From positions 9,300,001 through 9,364,000 of the forward strand of contig JAWMAR010000030.1 in assembly GCA_036785375.1 (NCBI GenBank): a stretch of 64,000 nt of DNA. Direction: 5' to 3'. This DNA comes from Leucoraja ocellata. Lineage: Eukaryota. The position numbers were made by a program, and so were the translations under genes. Below are positions 27,380 to 40,112 of the stretch, piece after piece. Under the pieces are notes generated by a model. That model searched no databases, was not told the DNA's origin, and saw only the letters and a list, made by a program, of their open reading frames with translations. Positions within the stretch are counted from its first letter, which is position 1. The number at the start of each line of letters is the position of its first letter.

Positions 27380-27729
27380 AATCAAAACCATGATTAGCAG
27401 ACTCCAGAGCAACAGCTGATCATTCCCTTCCATACCGTCCAGTTGCCAATTTCAGAAAGGTCAATGATGGCGGCCTCGAGACATTAATCACACCTTAATC
27501 TTTGCTGCTACCCTCGCACTCCAGCACCGATCCCATTATACAACAGCACCAGGACGATGAGGGAAGGCACCAGCTCCACTAGCCGGGGATTGATGAGCCG
27601 GCAAAAGCGGTGAAGGATTTGAAAACATCACAGGAAAGTGCAACTGTTTCCATCAGTCAACGTTTTCAACGCGTATTCAAGAGACGAGAGCTGCTGACTC
27701 GGAACTGGGACATGGTGAAGATTTGACTG
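27380..27729 (-). other. Second predicted rod-like pre-mRNA hairpin
   Basis: Nested colinear helices on the minus strand: AGTCAAA/TTTGATT, ACCATG/CATGGT, CAGCAGCT/AGCTGTTG, CAGTTGC/GCAACTG, GTGATG/CATCAT, GCTGGTGCCTTC/GAGGGTAGCAGC. Apex contains TGTATAA (27536-27542). Confidence 0.55.
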
Positions 27730-29269
27730 GTCTGACTGTGTGAGAAAACAGTTGGTGGACATTGATATTAGAAAAACAAAGGCAGAAGCCTAACAGGCGG
27801 AGTGAAATAGCACAGAAATGGGTTGAGAATCTTACTGGTTTGTCTTTCTACATGGTCTCATGTTGGTTCAATGATTCATGTACAATGACTAACATGACCT
27901 GCAACTGATTGACTGAAGGCCTGGTCAAGGAACAGACATGCGATATCTATCCTTAGCTAAGAGCTGTTTAACAGGCTCTCCCACTTACCAATTGGCAGGA
28001 GACTCAAAGCTGTGAAGGACCATTACTTGAACTTTAGTACTTGAATAGAGACAGATTTTTTAACATTAGTAGCACCAGTTTAGTTATAAAAGTTGAGGAA
28101 TGTAGATGCATTCCTGAGATGCTTAAAATGGTTCCTAAAGAAATGAAGGTAGGAAATTAACCCTGTTGAAGAAAGGAGATGTAACAGGAAACTGAGAATC
28201 AACAGCCAGAATTACTTGGTGAAACCCCAGGAATCTATTAATAGTAATTCTGTACTGGGGACACAAGTTTGAGTAACCACTTAAAGGAAAAATGCATTTG
28301 ATAAATTTCAAGTTTTTAATAAGTGCAACAGAAAGGAAAATCTGGATGCATTATATTTGCCACAATGGTGTACAAGCACTACAGTTCCTGAAATTGAAAT
28401 AACAGATCGGCATGCATTGACGAAAACAGTAGAAATGGACATTTTCAGGTTTACGTACTGTCACCAGTGGGTCACCATAATGGTTTGTGGTTAAGTCATA
28501 GGTAGACAAAAATGCTGGAGAAACTCAGCGGTTGAGACAGCATCAAGTCATGGTCATTTTACAACCCATATCAGTGATATGAAATGTGGTGGTGGTGTGG
28601 ATGGGGTAGAAGAGATTACACTGTATGGTGAATCACAAACATGCTGGAACAGCAAGGCAAGTAGGAAATTAAAACATATGTTGGGCCTTAGGATGTAGGG
28701 ATTTACATACAAGAAACCTTCACTCTGAGCATACAAGCCTAGGTAAGGATGTGTGGAAAAGCAGTCGAATACATTAATCCAATGTTTCCCAGAGCTTCAA
28801 ATAAAGAAAAGGAATCTTGTTCAAACTTTTTTTAATAGTAGATTTTTTTGAAAGAGTTTACGAGTTTGAAGAGGATATGACAAAGTTGAGTTGTACAGCT
28901 CAAGCTCTCCAAGTGGACATCAATATTTTGTCCATTTTCACTAAAGAGAAAATAGTATGCATAAATGGAGTCAAGGTATGGGTTAAAGTGCAGGTAGATG
29001 GGGTTATAGTGCAGTAAAATGGTACCAAGGTGAAGATCAGTCATAATACAACTGAAATGTGGAGCAAACACAAAGGACTGAGTGGGTCACTGCTGCTTAT
29101 ATTTGTTGTCTTCTTATACTTATAGTAATTTGAAATCCTCTACCTCGATGAGCTAAAGTTAATCACATGCTGAGTACATTTAAGGCTAATGTTAATGGGT
29201 TATTCATCTTGAAGGGAAATCATTGCCAGTTTGTGGAAGGCTGAAAAAGACATGATATTATTCAGAGGT

Positions 29270-30470
29270 ACACAGATGTAGGCTTTATAGGGCACTGGAC
29301 AGACCACAGTTAGAGTATTAAGAGCAGTCTTTGGCCCATATCCGAGGAGGGATGTGCTAGTGTTGGAAAGGGTCCAGAGGTGGTTTATGAGAATGACCCC
29401 AGGGATGATTGGGTTAACGTACGATGAGAGTTTGACGGCTCTGGGCCTGTACTTGCTGAACTTTAGAAGGATGGGGGGGGGGGGGGGGGGGGGGGGAAGG
29501 GGGGGTCACATTGAAACATACTAATTAATAAAATCCCCCCCAGATAAAGTAGATGTGAAGAGGATGTTTCCATTTGTGAGAGTCTAGGACCAGAGGGCAC
29601 CACCTCGGTATAAAAGGACGTACCTTTAGAAAGAAGATGACAAGGGAATTCTTTAGTCAGGGGGTGGTGAATCTGTGGAATTCATTGCCACGGAAGGCTA
29701 TGGAGGCCGTCTTTGGGCATTTAAGCGGCGACTGATAGGTGCTTGATTAGTAACGGGCCTGTCCCACTTAGGCGACTGCAGGAGACTATGCAGTCGCCAC
29801 ATGGTAGCCACATGTGCGTGGGAGTCGCCGCCATGGTCGTGAGGAGTTCCCGCATTTTGGGAACTAGTCGCGGCCTCATTGTGGTCACCGCTAATTTTTC
29901 GACCAGAATGAAACCGCCCTGGAGAGTAGCGGGAATTCTCCTGCCGTAGGTGGGTCGCCAGGAGGTCGAAGGTTCTCGCAGGTTGTAGCCGTTGCCGAAT
30001 TTCATTGGCTCATTGGGGGGGAAAAACGTAAACAGTCGTTTTCAGAACCGAGGTTAACCGACCGGTAATGCTAAATGTTCGTTGAGCTTCACAGCCGTGT
30101 ATCTCTGGCTTCTTAAAAGTTGTCTCCACCCCCTCTCCCTCCTCTTTTAAAGAACTTACCTACACTGTGCTTTAGCCGTCTTAATTACAGCGCCAACCTT
30201 CCTGTTCATCGCGGTGTGTGTCTGTTTCACCTTGGCTTTGCACCGTGTGAATTTCAGACATCGCCCCCCCCCCCTGCATAACGAGCTGGTGAAGGAAGAG
30301 AGTCGCCGGCAGTCGCCTGAAAAATCGCCCAAGTGGGACAGGCCCATAAGGGTGTCACTGATTACAAGGAGAAGGCAGGAGAATGGTGTTGAGGGGGAAA
30401 GATAGATCAGCCATGATTGAATGGCAGACTGGACTTGATGGACTAGATGGCCTAATTCTGCTTCTATGAC
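29270..30470 (+). mobile_element. CR1-clade LINE 3' fragment interrupted by a Harbinger MITE
   Basis: CR1 RT-tail sequence 29270-29753 resumes at 30350. Confidence 0.8.
29754..30346. mobile_element. PIF/Harbinger-type MITE (593 bp) inserted into a CR1 3' end
   Basis: GGGCCTGTCCCACTT TIRs; TAA TSD; splits the CR1 tail sequence ttgattagtaa|gggtgtc. Confidence 0.88.
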
Positions 30471-30641
30471 ATGAACTCATACATCAGAATGGCCTAACTT
30501 TACCACTATGCTTTCAAGAAATGGGGACTATAAATTAAATTTTAATGCGGTTGTTAAAGACTTAAACATGTACTCAGCCAAGCAAGATACTAAGCGCGGG
30601 CGCAAAGGAAACTGTGTATACCAGCAGCTTGGGATGCTTAC

Positions 30642-30760
30642 CCGTTTAGGCCCATGGAAGATTTTTCTGGTGTTTTCCTTGGCTTTTTCCTGTCTGTTCA
30701 TTTGTTTCCTACCAACCTCAGGGAAGGTGAGATTTGGATCGTCAGTGAACTCCAGAGGAT
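30642..30760 (-). CDS. WAPL: WAPL exon (119 nt): DPLEFTDD...KENTRKIFHGPKR
   Basis: Acceptor actgtttcag|AT, donor CGG|gtaagc. Phase 1 start fits the previous exon; peptide matches WAPL KENTRKIFSGPKR. Confidence 0.95.
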
Positions 30761-31460
30761 CTGAAACAGTGCAGATGACCACATGTGAAATACAATGGCT
30801 TCTGAAAGCTCTTATCGTTATGCGTTGTAATTTATGGTATAGCAGACCGCATTGTTGGCTTACTCTAAAATAACTTCAATTGGCCAGATTCCAATACATG
30901 TAGTTAATGATTAGAAGAAAGAACTTTCCACATCCTTAAATAATTTCTTTGATGCAGTCAAATGGCAAATCAAATAAATCATGCTTCAATAATACACTGA
31001 GATCGAAGTACTAAGAACAATATTATATTCTGCAGGAAATTCATCCAAGGTTCATTTAGGTTTTCTTCTTGGGTTGTGGCAAAACAATTTTGAAGTTGAC
31101 CATAATATAAATAGCAAACTGGTGCCAGTCATTTGCAAAGATTAACAGCAGCCTGATTACTGAAATCCTTCACATCTATCCCATGATCTAGGACATTCCC
31201 CACTGCATTATGTAAAGAGCAGAAGAGAGACCGCTGACTGATATTTCTCCCAAAACAAATTCACTGAAGCAGTTTGCTTGGCCAGGACTGCATTGTCATA
31301 CGTATGTGGATGTTTCCCATGTTCAAATTGTCTCCTGAAATTGAAGAAGACTTTTTAGGTTAACAAATTGCTTTTAAACACAAAATCTTTTGATATTCTC
31401 TCCTCGTGTAAAATGCCCAATAACATGCTGAGAACTCTGATAATCTAACAATTTTGACCA

Positions 31461-31680
31461 CAGTGCCCTCCATAATGTTTGGGACAAAGACCCTATGTAT
31501 GAACAATGCTGCAATTTCTACATGGTGAAACCAAAATATATAAAAATAGCATTTATTAAAATATGACAATGTGCACTTTAACCACATGTGATTTTTTTAA
31601 ATTACAAAGCTCAAATTGTGGAGTACAGAGGCAAATAAATAAATGAACGGGCTTTGTCACAAACATCATGGAGGGCACTG
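31461..31680. mobile_element. Tc1/mariner-like MITE
   Basis: About 30-bp TIRs CAGTGCCCTCCATAATGTTTGGGACAAAG / CTTTGTCACAAACATCATGGAGGGCACTG. A further TIR fragment followed by TA sits at about 47143-47165. Confidence 0.75.
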
Positions 31681-32229
31681 CAGATGTACAGTCAAGACTG
31701 AAGGTTTCATTATTAGAATACATGCCATCAGATTGATCTGCAGGACAGAACCAGTGACCTGCCAGGAGTGTGACCATTCGTGATTGAGCAACGTTATTCA
31801 CTTCTTCAGAGGACAAGTAGAACAGTGCACGTGCACAAAACCATCCACACTGGTGTTCCAGTGCAAAAGGGCTGCCGGTCTCACTGCATTTTTGTCTCGA
31901 AAGGTCAAAGATGTTGATTCATGCAAGGCTGTAGATGTTCCACTCCATGTCACATCTAGTTACAGTTCGTTAGAGCAAATGCAGCAAGTCAAAGTGTTCT
32001 GAACTTGAGGGTTTTCTGATTAATTACATTTATAGTAGGGCAGTTTGGAAACAAAGTCTGATTAATCAGAAAATCAGCATTAACTAGGCTTTTATCAAGG
32101 ATTGGAACAAAATTATTAGTAACGTACTTGAAGACCAATATATGGCCATATGGTGGACACAAAATGCTGCAGTAAATCTACTCAACATTCTGGCAAATCT
32201 CTTTAGCCTAATTCCTCCGAAATCAGCCT

Positions 32230-32800
32230 AGCCTGGATGAAAGACATTAACTTTTGGACCAGCTATATTTTTGCATAGCTACTTTAAAACCATTAGATTT
32301 ATGGCCACTAATCCCAAAGTGCTCCTCCACTATCAATCAGCCACACTGTCTCATTCCTCAAGAGGTTGTCCAATGTTGTGCCCTCTCTAGTAGGAACCTC
32401 CGTATATCGAATAAGGAAAAGTTCTTGGAAGCTTTCCATCATGTCCAAAGGCTTGATACGATGGGAGACAGACAATATTACGGAAGTTGAAATCTCCCAC
32501 AAACACCAACTTGACATTCTTGCAGCTCTTGGCATTCTTGCAACTTGGCATGCTTCTGCAATCTCACTGCACATTTGCTCTTCGTATCCCCACACACTAT
32601 TGGGAGCTTATCACTCATCAAAGTGATTATTCCTTTCCTGTTTTTAAGTTCCATCCTTAGCACCTCAATGGATGATCCTCCAAGAATATCCTTGAAGCAT
32701 CGTGGTTATGTCCTCCCTAATCAAAAAGCTACCCCCCTCCCCCTCTATCATGCCTGTACTATCTGTACACTGGAACATTGAACTGCCAGCTCTGCCCTTT
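32230..32800 (-). mobile_element. Degraded CR1 ORF2 endonuclease-region fragment
   Basis: Peptide remnants ELKNRKGIITL and Y.EVPTREGTTLDNLLRNE. Confidence 0.6.
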
Positions 32801-33569
32801 GCTCATTGCTATTCACCATCGACTGTCATATTTTATGATAGGATATGATGGCCATCTGATATTGCAGCAGTAATTTCCATCTAGCGGACAGTCAGCACAT
32901 TTTAAGGGGCTGTAATAATACTGCTTGCAACTGTAAAATATTCCAATTTCTGTTACAATCACAGTTAAATCTTGACAAATTCCTCAAATTATATTGAAAA
33001 ATTAGGTCCTCCATTCTTGTTGCAACTTTTGCAACACACGAACAAAACCCTCCCACATCATCCTTATGCCATTTAAGCACAACAGGTTCAAGCAACAAGT
33101 TAACTGATTGAAAGCCGATTAGTTTTGGACCCCAAGGGATAAACATTGATCAGGAGACCAGGGATCCTTTTCAAGTGGGGCTCAAATTAGGTAAAAAAAA
33201 ATGTTCTGTGCTCTCTTTACAAGGCCTGCAGCTGATATCTGCTTGTGCTTAATTACAGCTCGCTGTCCAAAGAACTTTATGCATTGTATATATCACTAAC
33301 AATGCCACCAGCAGCCAGATAGCAGTGCATAGGAATTGTTAATGGTATTTCTGACTGAAGGAGCCACAGACTTGTGCAAGAGAAGCATTAAATGATTAGC
33401 ATCACATTTTCAGTTTTCTAGCCGCATATCTATTTGATTCAGCAAATTCAGTCACTGCTGGCTTGGACCAATTGTGAATATCTATTCTTGACCCAGATAA
33501 ATCATTAATCCAACAGGCAAAATAATTATATAGTTAAAAACAGTAGCAGTTGGCAAGAACAACAATAAT

Positions 33570-34275
33570 GTGTAGGAAAGAACTGCAGATGCTGGTTTAA
33601 ATCGAAGGTAGACAAAATGCTGGAGTAACTCAGCAGGACAGGCACTATCTCTGGAGAGAATCGGTAACCTTTCAGGTCAAGATCTTTCGTCAGACTGATG
33701 TCAGGGGATTGGGCGAGACAGAAATAGAATGTGGTCATAAGAATGGTGGGAGAACTGGGAGGGGATGGAGAGGGAGGGAAAGCAAGGGCTATTTGAAGTT
33801 AGAGAAGTCAATGTTCATACCGCTGGGGTGTAAGCTGCCCAAGCGAAATATGAGATGCTATTCCTCCAATTTACGCTGGGCCTCACTCGACAATGGAGGC
33901 GGCCCAGGACAGAGAGGTCAAATCGGGAATGGGAGGGGGGAGTTAAAGTGCTGAGCAACCGGGAGATCAGGTAGGTTAATGGAGCCTGAGCCTGGTCTTG
34001 ACTCGCCGATGTACAGGAATTGACACCCGGAACAGCGGATACAGCGATGAGGTTGGAGGAGGTGCGAGTGAACCTCTGCCTCACCTGGAAAGACTGTCAG
34101 GGTCCTTGGATGGAATCGACCGGGGAGGTAAAGGGACAGATGTTGCATCTCCTGCAGTTACAGGGGAAAGTACGAGTTGACCAGGGAGTTGCGGAGGGAA
34201 CGGTCTCTGCGGAAAGTAGAAGAGGGGTGCAGATGGGAAGATGTGGCCAGTAGTGGGATCCCATTGGAGGTGGCA
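33570..34275 (-). mobile_element. Penelope-like retroelement 3' fragment (GIY-YIG endonuclease region plus terminal repeat)
   Basis: Frameshifted RFTRTSSNLI / CIRCSGCQFLYIGES / PDLPVAQHFNSP; terminal segment shared with the dispersed short copies. Confidence 0.85.
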
Positions 34276-36769
34276 AAAATGTTGGGAGGATGATTGAACA
34301 AATTAATACGTTTATTGGCCAAGTATGTACACATAGAAGGAATTTACCTTGGTGCTCCGCTCGCAAGTAACAACATGACATACAGTAATAATTAAGAATG
34401 ACACATAAAACAATAAACATTAATAATAAAACATTATAGTTTAAACATGTGAATGAAATAAAATACCAGAGCAAAATGAGTCAACAGACTTTTGGTTATT
34501 GAGTAGAGCTACTGCTCGTGGAAAAAATGTTTTTATGTCTGGCTGTGGTGGCTTTGACAGTCCGGAGTCGCCTTCCAGAGGGAAGTGATTCAAAGAGTTT
34601 GTGGCCAGCGTGAGGGGAGGGGGTAATCGATGGTTGGCATGGACTTGGTTGGCCGAAGGGCCTGTTTCCACATTGTATTTCTGTGTGTCTATTCATAGAT
34701 TACCTTCAGGCAAGATGACCTGTGTATTTCTGAATATTTTGCAGCAAAACCACTGAATAATTAAATGATCTCCATTTGATTAACTCATTTCATACACTGA
34801 ACAGACTGAACTAGTTGAAAACTAATGGCATAAGAACCCCAAGCTCTGCATTTTGAAGAGTCTGTTTAAGTAACAAGTCTTGAAAGATGCCCGTTTAATA
34901 AATTGGCATCTTGAAAAAGTGATTTTAGGGAGCCCTATCTTGAATCAGCTCACTGCACGATCAACCTCAAATTATTTTATTTTAATACCCCTAGTTGTTA
35001 TATCAGTCTACAATGCTTAAAAAAAATAAATCAAAGTTATAGCTTAAATGACCTTGTTGAAAATGTAATGCATTATTTCTTGCTGGCCCACATCAGAACT
35101 TTGCGGTGACTTTATTCATTTATCTGGACAGTTTACGTTTTAGGTTGACACATTCTTTACCCGAGGAAGGGTCTCAACCTCAAACATCAACGACTCGTTT
35201 CCCTTCACAGATGCTGCCTAACCCGTCAAGATCCTCCAGCTGTTTATTTGCAGCTTGAGATTCCAGCATCTGCAGTCTCGGCTCCGCAGGTTCTCAGTGC
35301 AAACCCATAATTTCCATTCACCCCGACCTATTTTCCTGTAATCACCCCCATCGCAATTGCGTACCTCAATTCATAGCAGCCAAACAAACTATAAATGTGT
35401 CTTTGGGACATGGAAGGAAACCAGAACGACAGGAGAAAACCCAAGCTGTAGCAAGGACAATGTTCAAATGTCACAAAGATTACCCCAGTACAATTTCTAC
35501 CAGCTGTGTCACTCAAGGACTTATCTTATTGGCCTTTTGTAGCCAACGGCTTAGCCACAGTTCCATAAGAGATCCATTGTGTGCAATTAGTATGCTGTTA
35601 TTACAATCTCTTGTCATTTACAACCAGCAAAACTGTGGGTCACAACATTGTTAAGTCAAAACCTGTAATGAAATTTAAATCGTTTTTCAATGATTTTCAT
35701 TCAGATTTTAGAAATGAAAAATTTCCCTTGTCGCCTCAATCTCTGAACTAAACCCCGATTGAAGTGTCACCAATTCTTATCAGAAGGATCAGAATCTCAA
35801 GACTGGACTTACCAGCGATCTTCGTGGGGCCCAGCAGCTAAATAAGCCGATGCACTCAATGCTTCTAATGTCAGTCGGACCATTACTATTGGTACTTATT
35901 GACAGTCAATGTGCATGTGCAACTTAATCACCGCTTTGACACGACCACTGATGAAAATTGGCTTCATTGCCATTCATATGCATATGCTTTCACAATAATT
36001 GTGAAGATGATTACTCTTCCATTCACTGAGCAATTTTTCACTTAATTTATTTTTCAACTACCTGCAACTTTAAATCCTGCATGGGGGTGGGGGGGGGGGG
36101 GGAAGAACGGAAAAAGGAGGAGGAGGAGCCCAAGGGCGGAGGGATGGGAGGAGACAGCCCGTGGGCTGAGGAAGGGGAGAAGACAGCAAGGGCTAACAAT
36201 ATTGGGGCAATTCAATGTTTAACATGCAGGTAAACCTGCCAATAAATGAATATGATTTAACAGGATTGCACATATTCACAAGAGACAACAAACTCATTTG
36301 GACTTTCTTATTTGCTCAGTATTCCCTTCCTCAGAGTTCACAGCCTGCTCCAACACAAGAGCCCTTTCCAACTTTGCTACTTCACTCACACACTTCCCAC
36401 CAATACCATTTCTTTCCTTCCATTTATTTTATCAACACTTGGAAGTGTGAGGGCCAGCAAACCCAGACCTAATGCTGATACACATTTCTCTCTTTGGGTT
36501 CTTGCATAGTTTAAAAAAAATCATATTACATAAACGTAGCAGTAAATGCATCCAAGGTATTTATCATTTGCAGAATGGTAGGGTCTGTGTAATATATGGC
36601 CTAATAATGGCTTTAGCCAGTGGGAAAGGCCACAGGGGGAGGTAGATACAATAATCATCTTTCAAGGTTATCTAAGCAAACATTTTTCCGATGGATTATT
36701 CAAATACATTCTCAGATAATCTGCTCACCAGCTAACAGGAATCTCAATGGTTTGGGAACCTGACTCAAT

Positions 36770-37258
36770 TAGGCCTTTACCTCCCCCCTCGACTCCATCC
36801 AAGGAGCCAAGTCTTTCCAGGTGAGGGAGAGGTTTACCTGCACCTCCTCCAACCTCATCTACTGTTCCAGGTGTAAACTTCTCTACATCGGCGAGACCAA
36901 GCGCAGGCTCTGTGATTGTTTTGCTGAACACCTCCGCTCAGTCCATCTTAACCTACCTGACCTCCTGGTGGCTCAGCACTTTAACTTCCCCTCCTATTCC
37001 CAATCTGGTCTTTCTGTCCTAGGCCTCTTCCATTGTCCGAGCGAGGCCCAGCGCAAATTGGAGGAACAGCACCTCATATTTCGCTTGGGTAGTTTACATC
37101 CCAGCGGTATGAACATTAACTTCTAACTTCAGATAGCCCTTGTTTTCCCTCTCAATCCCCTCCCCTTCCCAGTTCCCCCACTAGTCTAACTGTCCCGCCC
37201 CCTCCCATGACATCAGTATGAAGAAGGGTCTCGACCTGAAACGTCACCCATTCCTTCT
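36770..37258 (+). mobile_element. Penelope-like retroelement 3' fragment, GIY-YIG domain
   Basis: ORF 36821..37126 FTCTSSNLIYC..C.LLYIGETKRRL...EHLRSV...VAQHFN...RKLEEQHLIFRLGSLHPSGMN, followed by a degenerate hammerhead-like motif at about 37218-37246. Confidence 0.9.
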
Positions 37259-38053
37259 GGCCTGGGCTCTTGCACTCTTTCAACTTACCAGGTTCACTAA
37301 AAAATGCATCTTAACACCTAAAAAAAAGCAAATCAAAAGTACACTTGAAAATAACAGACTGGAAAATCTAGTCCAGCACCACCAAAACCTCAAACGTAAC
37401 AAACTATCACATTTTAAGATTAAGAATTGTGTAGCTATAGAGGATATAAATAAGACCTTTGGATCACGTCGTCCAGGTAGACCATCAACCGCCCAGTCAC
37501 ACCTTCGCATCACTCACCCTTCTCACCTGATTCGACCATTTACCTAGATACTAGGGGCCATTTACTATGATCAATTAACCTACGAACCCACACTTCTTTG
37601 GGATGTACGAGGAAAATGCACATCCGGGCAAAACCTAAGTAGTCAGGGTGAAGTACAAATATCACAAAGGATTGAACCCAAGTCTCCTCCACTGCAAGGC
37701 AGCAGCTCTCCTAGCTGAACCACTGTGCCTCCTTTAATACTGCATTTTTGTTCAGTTATTAAAATTGAAAATTACTTTTTAATTGCATGTAATCACAGGG
37801 GCACCTCGACGTGGAGACCACGGGGGCATCAGTGGGCTTAGAGAATTGCTTACAAAAATGTGAGTTTTCGTTGTCACCCATTCCGCCAGTCAGGGCGTGC
37901 CTGAACAGAAAAATGCTGCTAATTATCAGTAAACCTTGATGGTTCGGCATACAGCTCACATTAGTCTGAATTGTCAGCAGGGGATCAGTGTAGTCAGAGC
38001 TGGGGTCGGAATACCCCAGGTCTGGAGTGTGGATCGTACATAGGTTTGTGGCT

Positions 38054-38181
38054 GGTACACAAAAATGCTGGAGAAACTCAGCGGGTGCAGCAGCATCTAT
38101 AGATGCTGCTGCACCCGCTGAGTTTCTCCAGCATTTTTGTGTACCTGCGATTTTCCAGCATCTGCAGTTCCTTCTTGAACA
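38054..38181. mobile_element. Penelope-derived insertion with a 92-bp perfect palindrome
   Basis: 38054-38145 is a spacerless palindrome; flanking duplication gtttgtggctggt (38044-38056, 38182-38194). Confidence 0.85.
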
Positions 38182-38599
38182 GTTTGTGGCTGGTGTTGGG
38201 ATCTTGATTGTTCAGCATAAACTGAAACGTACAAATTACAACTTAGAAGCTGAATCTCACTGGAGATCTTTCCCACTCTCTTTAACCTCCTTGGAAACAT
38301 TATAAGACCACTGTGTAATGTCAAGAAAACTGAATAACAAGAGGAATAATGTAATAGTTTGCAAGTCCTGCACCAAATTTCTAAGGATACTAGATCATTA
38401 AAGTTTCATTGAACTTGCCTACTCTACTTTTTATTAATTAAAAAAATCTCATTAAGGATGATACACTTCCAACTGAATAATGGAATAGACGACAATACTG
38501 AATTGCCTTCTCCTGAACCCCTTTCCTATTTATAACTGGACATGAAAATGAAACTGAATCCAGCTGCTGAATCCAGTTATCACTTGAGAGCGCACCCAC

Positions 38600-39658
38600 C
38601 TGTATTTGTGCTCTCCTGAGACTGCAATTGACTTCCTTGGGAGTCTGTTGATTCCGAATTCGCCAGAAGATCCCCAATATCAACGATTCTGACTGAAGAT
38701 TTTTTCTTGTGCCCGCCTTCTGATTCAGAATCCTCATCCTCATCGGAGCTTTCACTCAAATCGTCAAAACCAAAGTATTTGATTTTATAGTTGGCTGCAC
38801 CACCAGTTGAGTGGAAAGCACCATCCTCTCCCTCTTGCTCGTCAAAGCCAAAGAACTCCAGCTTTGCATCCTTTTTGGATTTGGACTGGGTCGGCCGAAA
38901 TCTGACAGTAGTCTTACCTGCGGCAGCTTCGGTTTTTTTCCGCAAGCGGCCTGCTTCTCCCAGGTCAGCTGGACTTGAGGTGAATTCATCCATGCTCCGG
39001 TCTGTGGTGTCCTGAAGCGTGACATTGCAAGGTGATAGATAAGACGAGGGCAAGGTAATGGTGTCTCTAGCTGTCCGAGCTGTAGATGACTTGCCTGTTG
39101 TCCCTGAACTTTTGGTGTCTAGTTTTAAGCCATCCTTGGCCATCAGGTCAGCTTGAGCAGATTTCCCAGTGCCATCATGTATTTTATCAAAATTTGTTGT
39201 GCCAGCACTTCCCGACTTGCCTTTATTTGAGCGACAGTATGTTTTGCAGTTTGACCTGAGTGGCTGGGAGTCATTCTCTATTTCCTCATCCTTGATGCTG
39301 GAATATTCTGCCCATTCAAACATTCCCTGGTTACCTTTTAGTTCCGTAGACCTATCAGGGTTTAAGAAAGCATCTCCATGTCTACCGTGCCTTCCATCAG
39401 AGGCTTCGTCTTTGACACAGGGAATACGGCCAAGTCCACCAACCCATGGCTGGAATTCTGTCCTCTGCTGCATCTCAGTGGGTGACCCCGAACTCTTCAT
39501 GATCTCATCCCAACTATCCAGGGGCAATTCATCAGTTGTAAAACTAGCCAGCCCTGTACTGGCCATCTCGACTTTCTTTTCATTTTCAGTTGCATTCTTG
39601 TTCTTGGGAAAACTATTTTTCTCAATTCCTTCTCTCAATGGATCCGAGTGTTTGCTCC
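38600..39658 (-). CDS. WAPL: WAPL large N-terminal-region exon (1059 nt, phase 1-1) with two FGF motifs
   Basis: ORF 38580..39674 contains [24 protein letters not shown] and [21 protein letters not shown]...[11 protein letters not shown], typical of vertebrate WAPL. Acceptor ttctatctgcag|G at 39658; donor ACAG|gtgggt at 38600. Confidence 0.93.
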
Positions 39659-40112
39659 CTGCAGATAGAAACATATTTCAGTTAACATGTTGCAGTTTGC
39701 ATCCAAGTTTCCCCTCTCTTATTTACAGATTACACTAAATTCCAATGTCAAAGTTCCCCTCACTCAAGCCCATCTTTTAAAATCTCGATCACCTGGCAGT
39801 GCAAGTATTGTGACACTCTATAGTATGTTTGCAAGGCATGGCGTGAAAGGTTAAAATGAGATAATCCACGTGATGCACTAAAGTAATTTAGTCTTCATCC
39901 ACACCCCAGCTTTTATCAATCCAGATTTCTCAACCCAAACACGATTAATTCCTTTCAAATCTAATGACCTGGGAAAACAGATAAGTAACCAGTTAATTGT
40001 GTTTCAGTAATCTTTGCCCTGAGAGAAACTATTCAGCCACAAGTTTGTAGTAACCGATCCAAAAGGCAGGCAGCACTTTAGACTGTTGCAGTCTTGAATC
40101 CTCCAACAAGCT

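Noticed and set aside
39169-39738. 189-aa plus-strand ORF (and 38791..39015)
   Set aside because: Antisense shadow of the large WAPL exon.
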